Positions 38,421 to 47,505 of a stretch of DNA of 64,000 bases are shown here, piece by piece. The first letter of the stretch is position 1, and each line of letters starts with the position of its first letter. The stretch spans positions 3,710,277 to 3,774,276 of the forward strand of contig CP070695.1 in the NCBI GenBank assembly GCA_020353515.1, written 5' to 3'. A program made the translations under genes and the position numbers. The notes beneath the pieces are model-generated. The model searched no databases. It was not told the origin of the DNA and saw nothing but the letters and a program-made list of their open reading frames with translations. This DNA comes from Candidatus Heimdallarchaeota archaeon (GTDB lineage: Archaea > Asgardarchaeota > Heimdallarchaeia > Hodarchaeales > Hodarchaeaceae).

Positions 38421-40099
38421 TAATCAAGAGAGTCACATCAATTATTGTGATATGTATCTTATTTGGCACATTTCTTCCGATAACATCAGCCAAAAGCTCT
38501 CCAGATGAAGAACATTTTTATGGTGTGATATACAAACAAGCAACTTCATTGAACACTAAATTTCTCCATAGTAAGGGAGCTCTTCAGGATCAACCTAAAT
38601 CTTCAGTTATTACTATATCGATGAACGCACTCACTGCGAGTACATTATTTGCAGAATATGATACTGGTGGATCAACAAATCTCTTGAATATTGCCCATCG
38701 AATTATTAATGCCAGCTCAAAGTATTTTAGGTTGAGTTTCCATAGCGACCGACGTGGTTGGGTTTCTTCCTATGATTTTACGAAAGAAACAGAAAGTTTT
38801 GTAAAAAGTCGAAAGTATACACATGACCAATTCTTGATGCTGGTAGGTCTAGCAAATAGCTATCTAAAATTAGCGGAAAATGACCCGAAAAGGCCTGATT
38901 ACTTGGAGGATTTTAATCAGACATACGAATTCATTGAAGAATACCTTTTAGATCCTAATGGCGGTTGGATTGACTCTCTTTTTACTTTTAATGAGACTCT
39001 ATATACTAAGAATAGATTCAAAATAGTAGAACATATTTGTTGGACCATATGGTCAGTTTTAAATTTACCAGAAAGCTTTAGCTCCCCTCTAACACTCCAA
39101 GAGCTTATCCAAATGGTTGACTTTTTAGATGCAAATGGGACACTTAATGGAGTAATATACAATGTAATAACTCCTGATGGTGAATCAACTGATAATGTGT
39201 TCAAATTGCGTACAAACGCGCTTTACGGAGTAATAAACTTACTTTTATACGAAAAGACTCAAAATAGCAGGTTTCTAAATCGGGGAAAAGTAGTTTACGA
39301 CTTTCTTGTAAACAATCTTTGGGACAGAGGCTTTAAGCTGTTTTTCGATGTGGTTGATGAAAGTGGACTATTACTAGTTCAAGGAAAAAGTTTAATTGGA
39401 AATGCACTAGCGTGCCTGTTATCAAGCCGCTTATGCAGGTATTTCCCTGAGAATTCAACTATAAAAAGCATTTTTGTACTTTCAAATGTTTATATGGAGC
39501 AGTATCTTAAACAAGCAGGAGTGTTCACCTATTATATCTCCTGCAGCACCGATGGTAATCCATTAACGAATCCTTTTACTCTTGAAAGTAATTTAATTCG
39601 ATTATGGCAGCGAATTAATACAATTCACGTAATTAATGGGTCATATTCTTCTTCGGTCTCAATTGGAGAAAAAATACAAATCGATCTAAATCTTGCGAAC
39701 CCAGACAACATTACATATGAAGTGATAGTCACGGGAGAGGAAATAGAACCTTACAATCTAACAACAACAGACTCTAATCCAACTTTATTGGTATCTCTGA
39801 GAAAGAATGCAAAAATTGGAAAAACAGAAATTAAGATCAAAGTTCAAGTATTAAATAAAAATATTGACAAAACTGACTCTCTTCCCCTGGTGATTGGTTC
39901 AGATCGAAAATTACCTCAAGGATTGGTCTACTTAGTGGCACTAGGCATATTAGCTTGCATGGTAATTATAGCACGTTACCCACCCCGAAATCTTGAGGAT
40001 CTTTTTACACGTTTGACTTCGATTGGTATAGCTGAAGAGCAACAAACTGCAGATGAATCCACTTCAGAAGAGGTAGATACTCCTCAAGGTGAGGATTAA
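38417..40099 (+). CDS. Secreted (alpha/alpha)6-barrel (AGE/GH76-like) protein with Ig-like domain, TM and acidic tail
   Basis: Probable GTG start at 38417 (GTGA overlap, GGAGGG SD) giving signal peptide MIIKRVTSIIVICILF; KYTHDQ, LDPNGGW, LLLYEKT.N..FL..G..VYDFL...LWD....FFD repeats. Confidence 0.6.
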   Translation: MIIKRVTSIIVICILFGTFLPITSAKSSPDEEHFYGVIYKQATSLNTKFLHSKGALQDQPKSSVITISMNALTASTLFAEYDTGGSTNLLNIAHRIINASSKYFRLSFHSDRRGWVSSYDFTKETESFVKSRKYTHDQFLMLVGLANSYLKLAENDPKRPDYLEDFNQTYEFIEEYLLDPNGGWIDSLFTFNETLYTKNRFKIVEHICWTIWSVLNLPESFSSPLTLQELIQMVDFLDANGTLNGVIYNVITPDGESTDNVFKLRTNALYGVINLLLYEKTQNSRFLNRGKVVYDFLVNNLWDRGFKLFFDVVDESGLLLVQGKSLIGNALACLLSSRLCRYFPENSTIKSIFVLSNVYMEQYLKQAGVFTYYISCSTDGNPLTNPFTLESNLIRLWQRINTIHVINGSYSSSVSIGEKIQIDLNLANPDNITYEVIVTGEEIEPYNLTTTDSNPTLLVSLRKNAKIGKTEIKIKVQVLNKNIDKTDSLPLVIGSDRKLPQGLVYLVALGILACMVIIARYPPRNLEDLFTRLTSIGIAEEQQTADESTSEEVDTPQGED

Positions 40100-40103
40100 C
40101 TGA

Positions 40104-43100
40104 ATGGTCAGCAAAGAATCTCCCCACAAATGTTCAAGCTGTGGGAATCCATTACTACCTCATGCAAAATTTTGCACTCAATGTGGACACAAAATACAGA
40201 TCGATCCTATTACTCCTTCGGTTCATAAGGAACCTGATGTAGAACAACCACCAGTTAAAGAATCTTTACCAAAAGAAGACATTATATCAGATGTCGAACC
40301 CTCTGTATCAATCTCTCGTGAATTAAAAACTACATTTGATCAGGGATTCGAACTTTTGGCCTCTCTTAGAGAGAATTTATCTAGTGTCATTGTCATCCTT
40401 GGGATTTTCAGTATCCTTGCTGCAGTCGCTTTTACTGTTATTGTGCTCCTACCAAGAGAAATTATTTCAGATATCGAAATACCACCCCTTGAAGGTTTTA
40501 TCTTTGATTTGTTTGTAATTTTCGGACTGATAGGCCTATTAGCAAAAGAAACATTGGTCTATCTTGGATATATCCCAAAGAAAGAGACTCTAGATAGATG
40601 GTTCTCATTTGTATTACTTCTTCTCTTTTGGACGAATATGATCACATTCAGTATTGGATTGGTAATAACTAGCTTGTTTTTTCAGATAGGGCTTGATCTT
40701 CCAGCAGTTTTTGTATTTCTTTCATTAATAATCTTCGTTATTGCCTTCCTTTACTTTAGACGATATCAAGAATCTCTATTTTCTTGTACCTTTATTATAT
40801 CTGTAATGAGTATTGTATATCTAGTACAATGGATAGCTCCTGTTGATCCCATGATATATACTACAGTAGTTTTCTTGGTAGTCGCTGGTGTTGTCATTAT
40901 CTCGTACCAAGCTAAAGATTTAATCATTTTTACTGGTTTATCTGTTTTACTTCCTTTAATGTTTCTTTCACCTTATCTACTAAGCAATTCTATTGTAATA
41001 GCTATAATCCTTCTATTGGTCTTATTTCCATTTGTAGAAATAACAATACAAAAATTAATATTGGATAAGGAGGAATTAAATTGGATTAAACCTCTCGGGG
41101 AGTTATCAAGCACCTTTGGAATGTTTAATGTTAGTTTTTCCGTCTTTTATGGCCATCTACTTCCAGAATTATCAATTTTGATACTAATGATCCCGGTATT
41201 AGGTTCTATTTCCTTGAAAGTTTTCTACTCGGATTTTCGGAGATTACCTCTAAGAGATGGAGCTACTATAATCTTTTTAGTATTCACATTAGTCTTTTTC
41301 GACTTTATACTTGAAAATTTATTGATATTATTTGGAGTCGCTGTACTTTTAGTTATATACTCTACATTTACTGTATTTGAATATGTAAATGTCCGACAAG
41401 AAAAGCTTCTACGTTATGTTGAACTCTTACTAATAGCATCTTTAGTTGTTGTCTCAATGACAAGACTACTTTTTATCTGGAAAATTTGCTTAGTACTCAT
41501 TCCTCTTTTCTCGTTATTAGTTTTAATTCAACAAAAGAAACCCATAAACTATCAAACTGCTCGCGGTTTTGTATTCGGATCGGAAGTCCTAATCTTATTG
41601 GCTTTCATACAATCTCCAGCTTTTGATTTACTCATCATTCCAATATTTTCCTTCATTGCCATAATAGGAATTATTATTTTATTTATTTTGAACAAAGAAG
41701 AAAGCAGAATTAGATATTCATTAGACCTGACGATTTTCTCATTGATTTTTGAAGCAACCTTACTTGTGATGATGCTTTGGACCGAAAGTAGTGTTGAAAT
41801 GCTTTATCCTGTAGTCATTCTTATTTTTCTAACAATTATGATTTCAATAACACAAATTCGACAAAGAATTACACCAAATTTCCTCTGGATTAACTCCAGT
41901 TTTATAATTTGTTTTGGATTAATGAGTTATTGGAACGAATTTGAAGTTATTTGGACGGTTTTTACAGTTTTTCTGACCGTCCTACCAATGTTATTTGAAG
42001 GATTTCTAATTAAAAACAAGGAAAACAATTCAATAACAGAAAGTACCATTAAAAGCAGAAATCTAAATATTTCAATATCTGCAATTGGTTTGGCCTTAAT
42101 AGTTTTTTTTGAAGAATTAGATCCAATAAGCCATAGTGTTATTTTCATAACAATTCCTATTATTTGGGTGGTTTTGTATTTTCTCGATAAACAATATTTT
42201 AATTCCTTGTCTGAGCTATTAATGATTATATCGCCAGGATTAATCTTTTCTTTTGAAATGTTACTAAAACAAACCATATTTACTCCAATTACAGACATTA
42301 AATATCTTTATCTGACATTACTGGCATTTTCTATTCCTGTTATATCATTACAAGTGAATCATTTCCTGAAAAGAAAAACGAAGGCACCTATTAATCCAAT
42401 TATCATTGGTACAACCCTATCTTCATTGATTATAATGATTGCTTTGTGGACTTACACACTCCATTCTACTGAATACTTATTCTTAATTTCTGGATTATTA
42501 TTGGCATTAATTGTTTCTACATTCCTAGTCAAATGGCAATATGAATCTATTCTTCTACTTCTAGTATCTTTCTTTCCCTCTACAATATATGCAGGTTTTT
42601 TCGATCTTCCTTCATCACTTCTTTTATATCTAATTCCAATCTTTCCTCTCCTATTAAACTTCGTAATGGGTCTCAAATATTTAAAGACTGACCTTTCAGT
42701 ATATTCACATGAATTTATTATGCTAGCTTATTTCGGAATATTAATCCTCTTTAGTCCAATAAAGCTGATTGAATACACGACATTCTTATTCGCTCTATTC
42801 CAGACCAGTTGGCTTTTTCTCGGATTGTTAAAACGAGTACTCAATCAAAAAATTCTAGTTCTAACGAATTTAGTAAACTCAGCTTTTGTACTTGTTCTGA
42901 TGGCCTTTATTGAACCTTTGATAACTGAATCTTTCCTCATAGAGCTTGGAATCAGATTTCCTCTTAGAACAACATTAATAGGTCTGATTTTAATTGTTGT
43001 CACCATAGTTATGCTCATTCACCTAGTAAGCTGGCAAATCAGAGAGCTAGAAACCGATCTTTCATATTTGATGGCTTTAATCCTGATTTTTAATAGCTCT

Positions 43101-43589
43101 GCATTAATTTTGTCAGCAATTCAGTTGACTCTTCGAACAACAGACATCTCTTTGACCTCTATTCTCTTTGGTATATTAATACTCTTCACAATTTTACTAA
43201 TTTCTTCAATAATATCATATATAGGCATTAAAAGACTTAAAAACGAGATTTCACTTGCCTGTATATATACTACAACGGCATGGGTGGTTTTATCATCATT
43301 TTTCTTCACAAATATTGAACTAGTTTTTCTCTGGCTGTTCTTTGGTCCTTTAATGGTGATTGTATTTCTAGCGAAACAGGAGAGAACTATTATTCTAATG
43401 GCTATTATATTCTATTTTATAGCGGGATTGAGATTAATAGAATATACTCTCGAGTTTTTAGTATCGGGAATAGCAGATTGGGTAACAATTCTTGGATTGA
43501 TAGTCTTTGGAATAGAATTAGTTTCATTAGGAATATATTCATCCATATCTGGGAAAAATAAAAAAACCACTTTGGTTCATGAAGTTTGA
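40104..43589 (+). CDS. Zinc-ribbon domain plus very large polytopic membrane protein (1161 aa)
   Basis: CSSCG...AKFCTQCG zinc ribbon, Pro/acidic linker, then ~1070 aa of almost continuous TM hairpins. Confidence 0.8.
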   Translation: MVSKESPHKCSSCGNPLLPHAKFCTQCGHKIQIDPITPSVHKEPDVEQPPVKESLPKEDIISDVEPSVSISRELKTTFDQGFELLASLRENLSSVIVILGIFSILAAVAFTVIVLLPREIISDIEIPPLEGFIFDLFVIFGLIGLLAKETLVYLGYIPKKETLDRWFSFVLLLLFWTNMITFSIGLVITSLFFQIGLDLPAVFVFLSLIIFVIAFLYFRRYQESLFSCTFIISVMSIVYLVQWIAPVDPMIYTTVVFLVVAGVVIISYQAKDLIIFTGLSVLLPLMFLSPYLLSNSIVIAIILLLVLFPFVEITIQKLILDKEELNWIKPLGELSSTFGMFNVSFSVFYGHLLPELSILILMIPVLGSISLKVFYSDFRRLPLRDGATIIFLVFTLVFFDFILENLLILFGVAVLLVIYSTFTVFEYVNVRQEKLLRYVELLLIASLVVVSMTRLLFIWKICLVLIPLFSLLVLIQQKKPINYQTARGFVFGSEVLILLAFIQSPAFDLLIIPIFSFIAIIGIIILFILNKEESRIRYSLDLTIFSLIFEATLLVMMLWTESSVEMLYPVVILIFLTIMISITQIRQRITPNFLWINSSFIICFGLMSYWNEFEVIWTVFTVFLTVLPMLFEGFLIKNKENNSITESTIKSRNLNISISAIGLALIVFFEELDPISHSVIFITIPIIWVVLYFLDKQYFNSLSELLMIISPGLIFSFEMLLKQTIFTPITDIKYLYLTLLAFSIPVISLQVNHFLKRKTKAPINPIIIGTTLSSLIIMIALWTYTLHSTEYLFLISGLLLALIVSTFLVKWQYESILLLLVSFFPSTIYAGFFDLPSSLLLYLIPIFPLLLNFVMGLKYLKTDLSVYSHEFIMLAYFGILILFSPIKLIEYTTFLFALFQTSWLFLGLLKRVLNQKILVLTNLVNSAFVLVLMAFIEPLITESFLIELGIRFPLRTTLIGLILIVVTIVMLIHLVSWQIRELETDLSYLMALILIFNSSALILSAIQLTLRTTDISLTSILFGILILFTILLISSIISYIGIKRLKNEISLACIYTTTAWVVLSSFFFTNIELVFLWLFFGPLMVIVFLAKQERTIILMAIIFYFIAGLRLIEYTLEFLVSGIADWVTILGLIVFGIELVSLGIYSSISGKNKKTTLVHEV

Positions 43590-43679
43590 GAATAAGTAAA
43601 GCCTTTTTAGATTGTTAGTTTATAATTAACTAGGTAACAATACTAACAGCAGAAAACAAGGTCAATAGGAAATTTCTCA

Positions 43680-44711
43680 ATGAACACGGATCAACGACGT
43701 TTATATCTGAATAATTGGGCAATTCTTACTACAGAAAACGAAGTTAAATGGCATTTTGGGGATATCGATAAAGAAAAACTTGATCAAACAGTTGATTTTG
43801 TGAAATCGGTCTCTCGTCTTGGAGCTGAACTTTGGGGTCAAGGGATCGGAGTTGTGAGGTTAAGATATCCACGGCCACATCCTAGTCAGGCACGAGAAAT
43901 TATGATTGTGAACTTATCCAGTAAAATGAAAAGTTTTAACATTGTAATTTCTGACCCTTTAGTCACCACGAGATTGATGAGCCGAATAGAAGTAGAAACT
44001 GCTCCATGGGATGAAATGAGAAGTATTTTGGCTGGTGGTGCATCTGTGATTTATTCCCAGTTCTATTCCCAAGAAGGTGCCTTAGATAGTAGTGTTGTAG
44101 ATGCACTGTTCCAAGAAGCAGTAAATGCAGTAACCTATAATGAATATGTTACAGTCGGAAACGGTGAGTGTTCTTTCTCTGCATTGAGTTTTGAAGAATT
44201 GTTGTTTTTTCATGCCCTACTGAGGGAGTTATTCGAATCTTATTATTCAACAATGATACCTAGCAATCCATGGGGAGTTATTCATTCAACTAATGGTGTC
44301 CCTGTTCATTTACAATACAATCCCCCTTTAGATGCTGCTCTGATCAGTGCATTCTCAGCTGTTATTGTAAATTACTGTCAACTGCTTTTTGAAGCTTATC
44401 CTGCCCGTCTTGTCTTCGGAGCTCATTCCATGCAAGGAATGGACTTTATTTCGACAGAGGAAAATGTATTCGTCGTTAATAATCCAAGGAAACTATTAGG
44501 ATTACAAAAATTTCAAAGAGAGTGGAAAAAAACCCAAAAAATCACTCCCGAGGTAATCCATGATCTCGCACCAGCCATGAAGGAGTATTTTATAGATCTT
44601 TCAATACAAGGCCAACGTGAAAAGCTTAAAAACTTGGAATTTCACCGTGTGATTAATTATTTCACACGAATGGGTATTAGACGGGCAAGGGCATATAGAT
44701 TACCTAAATAA
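43680..44711 (+). CDS. Uncharacterised protein with two longin-like domains, paralog A
   Basis: Second domain GVIHSTNGVPVHLQY...DAALISAFSAVIVNYCQLLF is longin/roadblock-like; close paralog adjacent. Confidence 0.6.
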   Translation: MNTDQRRLYLNNWAILTTENEVKWHFGDIDKEKLDQTVDFVKSVSRLGAELWGQGIGVVRLRYPRPHPSQAREIMIVNLSSKMKSFNIVISDPLVTTRLMSRIEVETAPWDEMRSILAGGASVIYSQFYSQEGALDSSVVDALFQEAVNAVTYNEYVTVGNGECSFSALSFEELLFFHALLRELFESYYSTMIPSNPWGVIHSTNGVPVHLQYNPPLDAALISAFSAVIVNYCQLLFEAYPARLVFGAHSMQGMDFISTEENVFVVNNPRKLLGLQKFQREWKKTQKITPEVIHDLAPAMKEYFIDLSIQGQREKLKNLEFHRVINYFTRMGIRRARAYRLPK

Positions 44712-44854
44712 AACGAAAAAACCTTCTAGTTCTTAGAACTCAATACAATCAGAATCCTAGTTTTATTTTCTTGTAACTCTATATACAGAACCATATTACA
44801 AAGCTTTTTAGATACTTCTTTGAGGCATTTTAGATTGAGAACATAAATAATGAA

Positions 44855-45889
44855 TTGGAACCGTATACATTGAATGAAACTTCGCATCGATTATACCTCA
44901 ATAATTGGGCTATTCTGAGTTCTGAGAACGAGGTTAAATGGCATTTTGGAGATATTGATGACGAAAGGTTAATTCAAACTCTCTACTTTGTCAAGGCACT
45001 CGGTAAACTTGGAGCTGAAATCCTAGGACAAGTTATTGGTGTAATTCGACTTCGCTACCCACGATCTCATCCAACACAAGCCAGAGAAATTATGGTTGTT
45101 TCTCTAATGGATAAATATAATATTGTAATTTCTGATCCATTAGTGACAACTAGATTGATGAGTAAAATAGAATCTGACTCAGATCCCATGCCCACATTTG
45201 ATGATATGCGCAGTATTTTAGCAGGTGGAGCGAGTGTTATTTATTCACAATTCTATTCTCAAGAAGAAGTCCTAGATAGGCAGATTGTCGATTCCCTTTT
45301 TCAAGAAGCTGTCAGCGCTGTAACTTACAAGGATGATGTATATGTCGGAAATGGCACATGTTCATTCTCAGCATTGAGCCTAGAAGAACTCCTTTTTTTC
45401 CATGCCCTTCTTAAAGAAGTTTTTGAATCATATTATTCAGTAATGGTTCCTGGCCAACCTTGGGGAATCATCAGTGCATCTTCAGGTGCAGATCTATATC
45501 TAACATATGATCCTCCTGTTGATGCGGCTTTAATAAGCTCTTTTTCCTCTGTTATCACTAATTACACGCGTTTTCTTTTTGAAGCGTTTCCTGCCAGATT
45601 AATCTTTGGTATAGCTCAGCAATCTGCAATGGACTTCATTGCTACAGATAAAAACCTCTTTGTAATTAATAATCCTAGAAAGCTGTTCCGTTTGCAAAAA
45701 TTTCAACGAAAGTGGAGAAAAGTTCCCTCTACCGTTGCGCATGATCTTGCACCTGCTATGAAGGAATATTTTACTGAACTTATCCTTCAGGAGCGCCAAG
45801 AGAGTATCAAAAAACTGAAATTTCATCAGATTATTAACCTAATGACTCATATGGGAATTCATCGCGCTCGTAAATACAAAATACCGTAA
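44855..45889 (+). CDS. Uncharacterised protein with two longin-like domains, paralog B
   Basis: Colinear with 43680-44711 (RLYLNNWAIL, ENEVKWHFGDID, NIVISDPLVTTRLMS, MRSILAGGASVIYSQFYSQE, HDLAPAMKEYF). Confidence 0.6.
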   Translation: MEPYTLNETSHRLYLNNWAILSSENEVKWHFGDIDDERLIQTLYFVKALGKLGAEILGQVIGVIRLRYPRSHPTQAREIMVVSLMDKYNIVISDPLVTTRLMSKIESDSDPMPTFDDMRSILAGGASVIYSQFYSQEEVLDRQIVDSLFQEAVSAVTYKDDVYVGNGTCSFSALSLEELLFFHALLKEVFESYYSVMVPGQPWGIISASSGADLYLTYDPPVDAALISSFSSVITNYTRFLFEAFPARLIFGIAQQSAMDFIATDKNLFVINNPRKLFRLQKFQRKWRKVPSTVAHDLAPAMKEYFTELILQERQESIKKLKFHQIINLMTHMGIHRARKYKIP

Positions 45890-45901
45890 TATTTTTCTTT
45901 T

Positions 45902-46066
45902 TTACTGATAATGTTCTTCTTGAATGATCTCTTTTCCGCAACGTTTGCATTTATATACACGAAGTTCATCGTATTCGTGTTTAGCTAACTCCTTCTTCTC
46001 AATTACTGATTTTTCACTGGAGATTATTCGATAAGCATGACCAAACATCATACACCTAAATCGCAT
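45902..46066 (-). CDS. 54-aa zinc-finger microprotein (C-x4-H...C-x2-C; DUF1660-like; not in ORF track)
   Basis: GGAGAA SD; MRFRCMMFGHAYRIISSEKSVIEKKELAKHEYDELRVYKCKRCGKEIIQEEHYQ; 15 bp after the ybaK-like stop. Confidence 0.75.
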   Translation of the reverse strand: MRFRCMMFGHAYRIISSEKSVIEKKELAKHEYDELRVYKCKRCGKEIIQEEHYQ

Positions 46067-46081
46067 CTGATTTATTCTCCT

Positions 46082-46573
46082 TTAAATCGCAATAGACACA
46101 TCAGCGATGAGGGGATGAGTACAGTCCAGAAGTTCATCGATTGATATAGCAAGAAGCTTTGAGGAAGCACCACCTCCTCCATATAATCTTGACGATTTTG
46201 AGACTTCTAGTACAAGTTCATCTAAAATAACTGGTAGAACGATACTAATAGGGGGAACATCACCCACTTTATACCCAGTTTCTTTTTCAACCTGTCCAGG
46301 AGAGGCTAGTTTAACATCTTTTACGTTCAACAACTTCTTGATCTTTTTTGTTTTTATTTTTCGATTTCCTTGAAGAATAACAAGAAAAAATTCGTTTGTA
46401 TTTGTCACTACAATGATTGATTTAATTATATCCTCAGCTCTACAACCTAATGCTTGAACACTTTCATCGACGGTCTTAGTTGAAGTTTCTAGAGAAATAA
46501 TTTTTGCCTTTAGTTGGTTTTCACTGATATATCCCTGGAGTCGTATTGAAGAATCTTTCATCAGTTTACTCAC
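46082..46573 (-). CDS. YbaK/EbsC family aminoacyl-tRNA deacylase
   Basis: IIKSII, KLASP..V...TGYKVGDVPP, LYGGGG. Confidence 0.85.
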   Translation of the reverse strand: MSKLMKDSSIRLQGYISENQLKAKIISLETSTKTVDESVQALGCRAEDIIKSIIVVTNTNEFFLVILQGNRKIKTKKIKKLLNVKDVKLASPGQVEKETGYKVGDVPPISIVLPVILDELVLEVSKSSRLYGGGGASSKLLAISIDELLDCTHPLIADVSIAI

Positions 46574-46577
46574 TATT

Positions 46578-47393
46578 TTAACGTATTAATCCCCCAATAG
46601 CAGTTATTTGAATTCCTCTTTCTTCTAATCTATCTAAAAATGGATTTATTCCTATAGAATCAGAAGCTAAATGTCCTGTAATAAGGAGCTGTCCATAGTT
46701 TAGGTTTAATATCTGGGATAATTCTACTGGTGCGATATGAATATAAATGACCGTATCCACATCATACTGATAATAACAATCAGCAATTGGAAAGCCCCCA
46801 TTGGTGAATGCTCCATGGCTAAATATCCAATTTCCCAATGAATCGCTCTCATTCCCCTTAGCAACTTCAATTTTGGTTTTAGCCTCCCTAAATTCTAAAA
46901 AAGAGGTTTCTAGATGAGTTCTTACCTCATGTAGAAGTGGATTCTCATCCTGTTCTTCTAACTTTTCAATTGATTCAGTTATTAACCTTCTTCCAAGTTC
47001 ATCAGAGGGGCAATGAATGTTGAGAAATGGCATCCTAATTAATCGTGCAAATGAAGGAATCGCATCGTAATTTCTGGCATGTGACCCGAATTTAAATCCC
47101 ATCATTTTTTTGTCAATAACCTTTTGGGCTGTTTCAATTGTTACACCCTTTGAGATTAATTGATCTAGATGTCTTTGAAAGACCTGAAAGTGGTTGACCA
47201 AGCCTACGGGGTGATGAGCTATAACGCAATCGAATCCTTGCTCTTTGGCATAAAGGAGTTCAGCTACCCCTATATCGATTCCATAAAGAATATTGTTGAT
47301 ATTTTCTCCATGAACATATACTGCAGAGTCAACGGGCAGTTCACTCATGCCCACTAGATCAAGCGCAACCTTAATAATGTCGTCTGTATGCAC
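46578..47393 (-). CDS. NIF3-like dinuclear metal-binding protein
   Basis: ILYGIDI, VIAHHP, FLNIHCPSD, GHLASDSIG. Confidence 0.75.
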   Translation of the reverse strand: MHTDDIIKVALDLVGMSELPVDSAVYVHGENINNILYGIDIGVAELLYAKEQGFDCVIAHHPVGLVNHFQVFQRHLDQLISKGVTIETAQKVIDKKMMGFKFGSHARNYDAIPSFARLIRMPFLNIHCPSDELGRRLITESIEKLEEQDENPLLHEVRTHLETSFLEFREAKTKIEVAKGNESDSLGNWIFSHGAFTNGGFPIADCYYQYDVDTVIYIHIAPVELSQILNLNYGQLLITGHLASDSIGINPFLDRLEERGIQITAIGGLIR

Positions 47394-47505
47394 GTTTCAA
47401 ACCTCAGACACCCTATGATAGTGTATTGTACTTATTTTGATCAATACATGGTATTTTCAAAAAAGATCGAATAGTTTTTGTCAAGGAAAGAGAAGTTATC
47501 TCATT

